DNA of 64,000 nt from Dendrobates tinctorius (taxonomy: Eukaryota), in contig NW_027361684.1 in NCBI RefSeq assembly GCF_039654945.1, positions 8,122,001 to 8,186,000 on the forward strand, read 5' to 3'. The notes below the pieces were generated by a model. It searched no databases and was not told where the DNA came from. It saw nothing but the letters and a program-made list of their open reading frames with translations. The first letter of the stretch is position 1. Each line of letters begins with the position of its first letter. Below, in pieces: positions 1 through 11,200 of this stretch. The position numbers were made by a program, and so were the translations under genes.

Positions 1-4
1 TACA

Positions 5-1965
5 CAGCGGGGAAAATAAGTATTTGATACACTGCTGATTTTGCAAGTTTTCCCACCTACAAAGAAAGGAGAGGTCTAATTTTTATTGTAAGTACACTTC
101 AACTGTGAGATAAAATATAAAAATAAATAACAGAAAATCACATTGCATGATTTTTACATAATTAAATCGCATTTTATTGAATGACATTAAAGTATTTGAT
201 CACCTACCAACCAGCAAGAAATCTGGCTTTCAAACATCTAAGTTTTTCTTTAAGAAGCCCTCCTACTCTGCACTCATTACCTGTATTAATTGCATCTGTT
301 TGAACTCGCTGTTAGACCAAACAGCTGTCTAAGAACACCAGGGACAAAATTGTAGACTTGCACAAGGCTTGGATGGGCTACAGGACAATAGGTAAGGCTA
401 GTTTCACACTAGCGTTTCACTGACCTGCGTCGGTCTGCGCACGGCCGCTGCTAAGTTCCGCCCCCTGCCACGCCTCCTTCCGTCAGCTCCGCCTATGGGC
501 GCATGCAGCCTTGCATGCGACCTGCGTACCCTATTTTTAGCATTGGGTACGCAGGCCGTGCACAGGTATGTTTGCCGGCTCAGGCGTCCTTTTGACGGTG
601 CGCCGACCTGCGCCAAACGCACCGTGTTGCATTTTTGTGCATTCTACGCACCGTCAAAAGGACGTATGCGCCGGCAAATGCATACCTGCACCCAGCCTGC
701 GTACCCAATGCTAAAGATAGGGAACGTAGGTCACATTCAGGCCGCATGCGCCCATAGGCTGAGCTGACAGGAGGAGGCACGGCAGGGGACGGAGTTTAGC
801 GGTGGGCGTGCACAGCCCGACGCAGCTCCAGGAAACGCTAGTGTGAAACTAGCCTAAGCAGCTTGGCGAGAAGGCAACTGTTGGCACATTTATTAGAAAA
901 TGGAAGAAACACAAGACTGTCCATCTTCCTCTGTCTGGGGATCCATGCAGGATCTCGCTTTGTGTGGTAAGGATGATTTTGAGAAAGGTCAGGAATCAGC
1001 CCAGAACTACACTGGAGGACCTAGTCAATAACATGGAGAGCTGGGACCTCAGTCTCAAACGTTACTGTTAGTAACACACTATGCCGTCATGAATTAAAAT
1101 CCTTCAGGGTATGCAAGTTCCCCCCTGCTCACGCTAGCAAATGCCCAGGCCCATTTCGATGATCCAGATGGTCATTGGTGAACTTCAAAGGAGGCATGGG
1201 AGAAGGTCATGTGGTAAGATAAGACCAAAATAGAACTTTTTGGTATCAGCGCCACTCACCGAGTTTGGAGGAAGAAGGATAAGTACAATCCCAAGAACAC
1301 TATCCCAACTGTGAAGCATGGTGTGGGAAAGATGATACTTTGTAAAAAAAAAAAAAAATGCAAAGACCCAAAGGGCACAGGAAGACTGCACCTTATTGAA
1401 GGGAGGATGTATGGGGTCATTTACACCAGAGATTTTGGCCAACAACCTCCTTCCTTCAGTAAGAGAGTTGAAGACAGGTTATGGCTGTGTCTTCCAGCAT
1501 GACAATGAAATGAAACACAGCCAGGACAACTAAGAAGTGGCTCCGTAAGAAGCATTTCAAGGTCCTGGAGCGGCCTAGCCAGACTCCAGACATGAAACCA
1601 ATAAAAAAATCTTTGGAGGGAGCTGAAACTCAATGTGGCCCAGCGACAGCCCCGAAACCTGAAAGATCTGGAGAATCAAAATGGAGGCGTGGACTACTGC
1701 AGTGTGTGCAAACTTGGTCAAAAACTACAGGAAATGTCTAACCTCTATTAAGTTCTGTTTTTCTATTGTATGAAATACCGTACTTATTTCATGCAGTAAA
1801 ATGCAAATTATTCAAAAATCATACAATGTGATTTCCTGGATTTTTTTTCTTTAAGATTCTGTCTCATAGCTGAAGTGTAACTATAAAAATTACAAACCTT
1901 TCTATTCTTTGTAGGTGGGAAAACGTCAAAATCTACAGTGTATCATGTAGTTATTTTCCCCACTG
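5..1965 (+). mobile_element. Decayed full-length Tc1-type (IR/DR) DNA transposon
   Basis: Ends CAGCGGGGAAAATAAGTATTTGATACACTG and CAGTGTATCATGTAGTTATTTTCCCCACTG followed by TA. Transposase remnants [19 protein letters not shown] and [10 protein letters not shown], with many frameshifts. Confidence 0.9.
396..854. mobile_element. Fold-back MITE with TAA TSD (probably PIF/Harbinger-type) inserted in the Tc1 relic
   Basis: Perfect TIR GGCTAGTTTCACACTAGCGTTTC; TAA at 393-395 and 855-857. Removing it restores ATA GGT AAG CAG CTT GGC (IGKQLG). Confidence 0.9.
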
Positions 1966-2779
1966 TATATGGTTAAAAGATGAGGATCCTTTTGGCAAAT
2001 CTGTCGTGACTAATCTGCAGTATTTAGGAGAGAATATCCCCTTTCTAGTGGACAGCCTAGACAGACAGACTGTCAGGGCCAGTTGACTACCGAGTACAAC
2101 TAGAAACAGGTTTTTAGCATAGCAGTGTTATTATACACAGAGGCGTAGCAGTGTTATTATACACCATATGACAAACCTTCATATATATGGAAGTAGTTGT
2201 ATAACTACGAGTCTGCCTTTACAGTATTAAAGGAGTCATTTGTGACTAGCACAATTGGCTACTGTCTATAATGAGGCAGAGGAGCAAGGGGACTGATGGC
2301 GCTTGCTTGCTCTGCTGTGGCGGGATGTTTTTTTTGTACACATGCAGCTGCCGCTTTAGCCGCCACCTTTCATGGATGTGGATTTTCTGCCATTCGTGAT
2401 ACCGGCTTCTGACAGTAACTGATAACAGCGGCAGTGGCCAGATAAAACCTCCAAGGTTCTTCTGCTCCATACATTTTCCTTCTGAAGCCCCGACAAAGAA
2501 TGAACTGCCAGGCGGCTCAATCCAGCGTCAACAAAGGAAGAGAGAAATCTCATTTGTTCAGGGAATCTGCTTAGCTAGTGGAGAATAGAAGATTTAAGGA
2601 AATGAAGGAAACGATCATATGAAGCTATTCCCTGCTCCTTACGGAAATGTAAAGGGACTGCCAGCGATGCCCTGTCTGCACCGAGGTGTCCAAGAGTTAA
2701 AGGGCGCTATGCGGAGCCTCGGAGTGACTGTGGATAAAGTATAGAAGAGATTAGAAAAATAAGAATTTAAAATACCCAC

Positions 2780-3025
2780 CCTGGCCAGGACTCGATTTTC
2801 AGACAGAGCTCTAAACCCTCTGCACATGATTAAAAGGGTCGTAGGATCATCCACTTTATTGAAGTTTTGATGTTTTCTTGGTGTAATTCTATATAACTTA
2901 CTAATGGACAACGGTTTCCAAAGCTCCACTGATGTCTCCCTTTCGCCCTTGGTCTTGGCAGCTTCTCTTCTGGCCCAGTGTTCAGCATAGGAGAGAATTT
3001 GCAGTGTGAAGGTTTCATTAGTCAT
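2780..3025 (-). CDS. Candidate alternative first coding exon for a short (RhoGAP-only) ABR isoform: MTNETFTLQILSYAEHW...MCRGFRALSENRVLAR
   Basis: 82-codon open frame in non-repetitive sequence, with in-frame ATGs at 3025 and 2827, ending in a phase-0 donor AGG|gtgggt. Phase 0 is what the next ABR exon requires. No transcript evidence. Confidence 0.4.
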
Positions 3026-3442
3026 GGGTATGATACTCACTGCTTGTTTCGGTAGCTCAGCCAGGCACCTTCTTTGTCATTGCTCATGTATAGAAAGAGA
3101 AGGGGGCTGGCTTAGCTAATCAAATAAGCAACCAGACAGGAGTACTTCTGTGGTTTGTCCTGAGGAAGAAGCAGGTGTGCTTTAAAACGCGTTGATATAA
3201 AATCCAAAAAATGCATTTATATCTTCAGGATTTTTCCATTGCATCTTTTACTATTGTCAGCATGTTTTTTTCTCCTCTTTCACCAGTTGCACATGGCAGG
3301 CCCTTTATGTCGGCACATGACTATCTACTGCCAAGCACAGGGTCGTACGTGAAGCCACCTGACTTCGGACCAAGGGTAAAACCCGGGCATCAGTGCATTA
3401 TTGCAGAGAGACAAATTAGTATGTTAAATAGAAATAATCTAA

Positions 3443-4098
3443 GTGTACCGTTACACATAACGATGTCCCAGCGATCCCACCAACGATCCGACGTGGATGG
3501 GATCACTGGGACATTGTTAGCTGATCGCTGGTGAGCTGTCACATTAACAGACCCTCCAGCGATCAGGACCAGCGAGCACGCTGGTTACCAACGTAACCAT
3601 CGGGTTTCTAAGAGCTGCGGGGCCCTTAGAAACCCGATGTTTACCCTAGATACCAGCGTGCACTTAAGGCAGGGCGGGAGGTGGAGGCAGAGCGGCGCAG
3701 ACAGACCGGCGTAGCTCTATCTGCTACTCCGGTTTGACAGACTGGAGTAGCAGATAGCAGAGCTACTCCGGTCTGTGCGCCGCTCGGCGCTCTGCCTCCA
3801 CCTTCCGCCCTGCCTGCAGTGCACGCTGGTATCTAGGGTAAACATCGGGTTTCTAAGGGCCCCGCAAACCTTAGAAACCCGATGTTTATGTTGGTAACCA
3901 GTGTGCAGCGTCGCTCATCGCTGGCTCCTGCTGCCACACGCAGCGATGCGCGCTGGCCAGTGGGAGACCAGCGATGAAAAAACGGGCCAGGATGATCCAG
4001 CACGATCAGCGATACCCCGCGGGGGGGGTTCGATCGCTGCTGGATGTTACACACAGCGATTGCTGATGTGTCACAATATCAGCGATCTCGCCAGTAAG
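3443..4098. mobile_element. MITE of the AGCGAT-rich family (terminus GTGTACCGTTACAC), right end deleted
   Basis: TAA then a terminus like those at 27491 and 38673; internal palindrome; fused directly to the inner TIR of the Tc1. Confidence 0.75.
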
Positions 4099-5514
4099 TA
4101 TTTGGTCAGAAACAAAATTTCATCTCAATACTTTGTGATATATCCTTTGTTGGCAATGACAGAGGTCAAACGTTTTCTGTAAGTCTTCACAAGGTTGCCA
4201 CACACTGTTGTTGGTATGTAGGCCCATTCCTCCATGCAGATCTCCTCTAGAGCAGTGATGTTTTTGGCTTTTCGCTTGGCAACACGGACTTTCAACTCCC
4301 TCCAAAGGTTTTCTATAGGGATGAGATCTGGAGACTGGCTAGGCCACTCCAGGACCTTGAAATGCTTCTTACGAAGCCACTCCTTCGTTGCCCTGGCGGT
4401 GTGCTTTGGATCATTGTCATGTTGAAAGACCCAGCCACGTTTCATCTTCAATGCCCTTGCTGATGGAAGGAGGTTTGCACTCAAAATCTCACGATACATG
4501 GCCCCATTCATTCTTTCATGTACCCGGATCAGTCGTCCTGGCCCCTTTGCAGAGAAACAGCCCCAAAGCATGATGTTTCCACCACCATGCTTTACAGTAG
4601 GTATGGTGTTTGATGGATGCAACTCAGTATTCTTTTTCCTCCAAACGCGACAAGTTGTGTTTCTACCAAACAGTTCCAGTTTGGTTTCATCAGACCATAG
4701 GACATTCTCCCAAAACTCCTCTGGATCATCCAAATGCTCTCTAGCAAACTTCAGACGGGCCCGGACATGTACAGGCTTAAGCAGTGGGACACGTCTGGCA
4801 CTGCAGGATCTGAGTCCATGGTGGCGTAGTGTATTACTTATGGTAGGCCTTGTTACATTGGTCCCAGCTCTCTGCAGTTCATTCACTAGGTCCCCCCGCG
4901 TGGTTCTGGGATTTTTGCTCACCGTTCTTGTGATCATTCTGACCCCACGGGGTGGGATTTTGCGTGGAGCACCAGATCGAGGGAGATTATCAGTGGTCTT
5001 GTATGTCTTCCATTTTCTAATTATTGCTCCCACAGTTGATTTCTTCACTCCAAGCTGGTTGGCTATTGCAGATTCAGTCTTCCCAGCCTGGTGCAGGGCT
5101 ACAATTTTGTTTCTGGTGTCCTTTGACAGCTCTTTGGTCTTCACCTTAGTGGAGTTTGGAGTCAGACTGTTTGAGGGTGTGCACAGGTGTCTTTTTATAC
5201 TGATAACAAGTTTAAACAGGTGCCATTACTACAGGTAATGAGTGGAGGAAAGAGGAGACTCTTAAAGAAGAAGTTACAGGTCTGTGAGAGCCAGAAATCT
5301 TGATTGCTTGTTTCTGACCAAATACTTATTTTCCACCATAATATGCAAATAAAATGAAAAAAAAAACAGACAATGTGATTTTCTGGATTTTTTTTTTCTC
5401 AGTTTGTCTCCCATAGTTGAGGTCTACCTATGGTGTAAATTACAGATGCCTCATCTTTTTAAGTGGTGGAACTTGCACTATTGCTGACTGACTAAATACT
5501 TTTTTTCCCCACTG
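4095..5514 (-). mobile_element. Young Tc1 (DD34E, IR/DR type) transposon, one TIR mostly deleted
   Basis: Intact ~207-bp TIR at 5308-5514 ending CCCCACTG+TA. Only 21 bp of the other TIR remain (4095-4115, exact reverse complement of 5308-5328). Confidence 0.95.
4125..5147 (-). pseudogene. Tc1 transposase, uninterrupted 340-codon frame but start codon reads AAG
   Basis: Paired-like HTH N-terminus with GAPRK; [22 protein letters not shown] with D-E spacing of 34. Positions 5147-5145 read AAG, followed by GTG AAG ACC AAA GAG. Confidence 0.9.
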
Positions 5515-6964
5515 TATGCTACTACAATGCTCTGAACAAGGGGTAAGTGACATAGCGAATCAGAAGAACTATACTACATCTCTAATTGGAGGTATTTGCA
5601 AATATTATTCTAAATCCACCCACTACATATTGTTATGGGATCTTGGAGATGGCAGTACACCTTTAATGTTGGAACCCACAGGCAATTTTTACCAGTGTAT
5701 ACCTACACAGTCACATTCTTTATTAGTATCAGGGAAATTCTCATGATGTAAACCTCCAATGTACACTGCAATTGTTTTTTTTTTTCTGCAAAAAACGGCA
5801 TTGATTCCAGCACTTCTACTGTGAGATTATGAGCACCACCGGGGGCTAGGACTGAGACGTGTGAACGTGCTCTGTGCACAGATCATCGGAGATTTCACTG
5901 GTTTATAGGTGGCTGATCATGAATAAGGCTTTGTTTCCGTAGGTGTAATGCAGGTTACATTTCCATTCAGTTTTTATTTCCTTCAGAAAGAGGAATAAAT
6001 CTCAGCAGAGGCAAAAAGGAAAACATTCCCGAAAGAAAAGGCTTGTGAACCCCTCACTTATTACCTCTGCGGAGATCTGTTTCCATTAAAATAGAATGAA
6101 AATGGTCCCCTTTTACACACAAGACTGGCACGGATATTGAGGAGGGGGCACTGCACTGTTACTGAGGCTTGATTGGTAGAATCATGCAATAAAAATAAAA
6201 TCCTGCACAATTTGGTTAAAGACTAAAGCACAAAACTATGTAATCAAAAAAATCAAATCCACATTTAAGAAAAAAAAAAAAAATCCAGCAAAAGAAATGC
6301 CCGTAAAACATCTGCTTTCAATTTCAGACCCCTGTCCCACATGGGTCAAAATCAGAAATGGCAGCGAAAGAGGCCAGCAAGACTTTGGCAGGAACCAGTC
6401 ACAGGCACAAATCTCCAGAAAGTATGCAACATAAAAACACGCCGACTCTTGGGATCTCTGAAGAACATAACGCCCAACAGCCCAGCACCAAACAAAAATC
6501 AGATATTAGGAAATGTACAGGCAAATAGTTAAGAAAAAGGAAAAGATGCCTTCACGTGATCATTGTACTGATTATAACTCCTCCAAGAAAAATAAATTAA
6601 AGAAAAATATAACATTGCTTTAAATATCAAGTCAGGTATTTTAGTTATTAAAAAAAAATAAAAAATCAGCATTATAAATTTCTACAGGTGAAAGAAGCCA
6701 TGATTTTCTAATCTAGGACAACCCCTTTGACGTGGACATTGTAACAACATTCTTTTGTCAAGATCAGTATTTATACTATATTTTATAAGTGTACAGTCAG
6801 GAGTCTGAACGGTCATCGCTTACATTATAATTGTGTGACCGGAGCTGTGCAGTCATCATTATCTGTGACAGCAGATACTGGTTTCCCCTGTAGAAAACTT
6901 CAGTGGTTGAGCATGCAGTTTTACCACACAGTAGGTTCTAGTGACTGAGATATTGACTCTTCAG

Positions 6965-7247
6965 CAGCGGTGTACAACCTGTGGCCAGAAGGCTACATGT
7001 GGCCCGCAATGCCATTCCATGAGGAGCCATCTGACTCCACTGTATTCAGTAGGTTTCAAACTATAGTGATGGTGGTGCTCATTGTGCGGTCATCTTCAAG
7101 TGCTAAATATTGGTGCAGAGGATTTTTTTTTTTTTTTTATAGTACTGTTGATATATAACTCTGATCAGAATATCGTTTTAAATTTTATGTGGACCTTGGG
7201 AGTGGTACATAATTTTGCACTTGGCCAAAAAAATGTGTGCACCTCTG
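6965..7247. mobile_element. hAT-type MITE
   Basis: Termini CAGCGGTGTACA / TGTGCACCTCTG; perfect 8-bp TSD CTCTTCAG at 6957-6964 and 7248-7255. Confidence 0.85.
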
Positions 7248-8203
7248 CTCTTCAGAAATCATAAAGCCGTATAATTCCCAGACAATCCCTGCATGTGTTG
7301 TGGCAGTCGAACAGCCCCGAAACATACAGCCGCAGGGACTCAAACATATTTTTCGAGCACGCTGAAGACACCGTTTGCACATGAGCATGCTCAGATAACA
7401 CCTAACCTGAGCACGTTCGCTCATCACTAATGGTACCATATAAGTGAGTGAGTAAAATCTATAAAAGAAAATTGCTTTAGTGCTGCTTGCAAATTCTGTT
7501 GTGTCAATCCTTCTGATTTATTCAATAAAACTTGTACGAGATCAATCATGGCCTTCACAGACCATGTAACGTGATAATGTAGGTAGACCCTAAAAGATGC
7601 AGGAAAAAAACTTGACTGAAGAACTGATTAGCAGATATTATTTCATCACCCTCTCCAACAGATTGGGAAACCTCAAAGTCTGCACAAACCGGGCAAGAAT
7701 TGCATTTATTTGTTCAGTGTCATACACACACATGCTGCTCTTTCTCCAAGTAGTAAGAGGCTGGAGTGTGGAGGCTGTTTTGTTAAACACATTAAGATGA
7801 TAGAGGAGAAAAGCAAGAAAACAGGGATGGTATGCATCTCGCCCCATAAACCCTGCAAAGCATTAACATTCCAGCGTAGCCACCGGAAAGGCAAAATAAT
7901 GTGATAAAGAGAAATGCCAAAAAGAGAGGGAAATGCACTCACTACTTGAGGTCTCCAGGCCTCCATACACATCAGATAAAATTCGTCTGAACCCAGCCAT
8001 GTAACGTGTATAGGAGCCTCCCAACTCTGCCATGACAGATTATATCGGGGACATAAGGATCGGGTGGATCCCCTAGTTCTCCATGAGGTAAACCAATGTC
8101 AGATGATTGTGGCAGTGGCTTTCTCATAGAGAATCACAGGAGCGCTTGGCCTAGCAGTGTTTCTTTACATGGAGGAGTCGGCGAAGATAGCTGTCAGCCG
8201 AAT

Positions 8204-11200
8204 CAGGGCTGTGGAGTCCAGCCAAACCTACGACTCAGACTCCCCAATTTCCCTTACCCTGACTCCACAGCCCTACCTCACTACTGAGCATAAATTGCAG
8301 CACAGATTTATCTCATCTATGACTCCACAGCACTGGTCACTACTGAGCATGTGCATAAAGGGCAGCACAGATTCATCTCAGCTACATCTCCACAGCACTG
8401 GTCACCACTGAGCATGTGCATAAAGTGCAGCACAGATTCATCTCATCTATGACTCCACAGCACTGGTCACTACTGAGCATGTGCATAAAGTGCAGCACAG
8501 ATTCATCTCATCTACATCTCCACAGCACTGGTCACTACTGAGCATGTGCATAAAGTGCAGCACAGATTCATCTCATCTATGAATCCACAGCACTGGTCAC
8601 TACTGAGCATGTGCATAAAGTGCAGCACAGATTCATCTCATCTACATCTCCACAGCACTGGTCACTACTGAGCATGTGCATAAAGTGCAGCACAGATTCA
8701 TCTCATCTATGAATCCACAGCACTGGTCACTACTGAGCATGTGCATAAAGTGCAGCACAGATTCATCTCATCTACATCTCCACAGCACTGGTCACTACTG
8801 AGCATGTACATAAAGTGCAGCACAGATTCATCTCATCTACATCTCCTCAGCACTGGTCACTACTGAGCATGTACATAAAGTGCAGCACAGATTCATCTCA
8901 TCCACATCTCCTCAGCACTGGTCACTACTGAGCATGTACATAAAGTGCAGCACAGATTCATCTCATCCACATCTCCTCAGCACTGGTCACTACTGAGCAT
9001 GTACATAAAAGTGCAGCACAGATTCATCTCATCTACATCTCCACAGCACTGGTCACTACTGAGCATGTACATAAAGTGCAGCACAGATTCATCTCATCTA
9101 CATCTCCTCAGCACTGGTCACTACTGAGCATGTACATAAAAGTGCAGCACAGATTCATCTCATCCACATCTCCTCAGCACTGGTCACTACTGAGCATGTA
9201 CATAAAAGTGCAGCACAGATTCATCTCATCCACATCTCCTCAGCACTGGTCACTACTGAGCATGTACATAAAGTGCAGCACAGATTCATCTCATCTACGA
9301 CCCCACAGCACTGGTCACTTATTGAGCATGTACATAAAGTGCAGCACAGATTCATCTCATCTACGACCCCACAGCACTGGTCACTACTGAGCATGTATAT
9401 AAAGGGCAGCACAGATTCATCTCATCTATGATCCCACAGCACTGGTCACTACTGAGCATGTACATGAAGTGCAGCACAGATTCATCTCATCTACATCTCC
9501 ACAGCACTGGTCACTACTGAGCATGTGCATAAAGTGCAGCACAGATTCATCTCATCTACATCTCCCCAGCACTGGTCACTACTGAGCATGTACATAAAAG
9601 TGCAGCACAGATTTATCTCATCTATGAATCCACAGCACTGGTCACTACTGAGCATGTGCATAAAGTGCAGCACAGATTCATCTCATCTACATCTCCACAG
9701 CACTGGTCACTACTGAGCATGTGCATAAAGTGCAGCACAGATTCATCTCATCTACATCTCCTCAGCACTGGTCACTACTGAGCATGTGCATAAAGTGCAG
9801 CACAGATTCATCTCATCTATGAATCCACAGCACTGGTCACTACTGAGCATGTGCATAAAGTGCAGCACAGATTCATCTCATCTACATCTCCACAGCACTG
9901 GTCACTACTGAGCATGTACATAAAGTGCAGCACAGATTCATCTCATCTACATCTCCTCAGCACTGGTCACTACTGAGCATGTACATAAAGTGCAGCACAG
10001 ATTCATCTCATCCACATCTCCTCAGCACTGGTCACTACTGAGCATGTGCATAAAAGTGCAGCACAGATTCATCTCATCCACATCTCCTCAGCACTGGTCA
10101 CTACTGAGCATGTACATGAAGTGCAGCACAGATTCATCTCATCTACATCTCCACAGCACTGGTCACTACTGAGCATGTGCATAAAGTGCAGCACAGATTC
10201 ATCTCATCTACATCTCCCCAGCACTGGTCACTACTGAGCATGTACATAAAAGTGCAGCACAGATTTATCTCATCTATGAATCCACAGCACTGGTCACTAC
10301 TGAGCATGTGCATAAAGTGCAGCACAGATTCATCTCATCTACATCTCCACAGCACTGGTCACTACTGAGCATGTGCATAAAGTGCAGCACAGATTTATCT
10401 CATCTATGAATCCACAGCACTGGTCACTACTGAGCATGTGCATAAAGTGCAGCACAGATTCATCTCATCTACATCTCCTCAGCACTGGTCACTACTGAGC
10501 ATGTGCATAAAGTGCAGCACAGATTCATCTCATCTATGAATCCACAGCACTGGTCACTACTGAGCATGTGCATAAAGTGCAGCACAGATTCATCTCATCT
10601 ACATCTCCACAGCACTGGTCACTACTGAGCATGTACATAAAGTGCAGCACAGATTCATCTCATCTACATCTCCTCAGCACTGGTCACTACTGAGCATGTA
10701 CATAAAGTGCAGCACAGATTCATCTCATCCACATCTCCTCAGCACTGGTCACTACTGAGCATGTACATAAAGTGCAGCACAGATTCATCTCATCCACATC
10801 TCCTCAGCACTGGTCACTACTGAGCATGTACATAAAAGTGCAGCACAGATTCATCTCATCCACATCTCCTCAGCACTGGTCACTACTGAGCATGTACATA
10901 AAGTGCAGCACAGATTCATCTCATCCACATCTCCTCAGCACTGGTCACTACTGAGCATGTACATAAAAGTGCAGCACAGATTCATCTCATCCACATCTCC
11001 TCAGCACTGGTCACTACTGAGCATGTACATAAAGTGCAGCACAGATTCATCTCATCTACGACCCCACAGCACTGGTCACTACTGAGCATGTGCATAAAGT
11101 GCAGCACAGATTCATCTCATCTACATCTCCCCAGCACTGGTCACTACTGAGCATGTACATAAAGTGCAGCACAGATTCATCTCATCTATGATCCCACAGC

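Noticed and set aside
4498-5238. 246-aa plus-strand ORF
   Set aside because: Antisense shadow of the Tc1 transposase.
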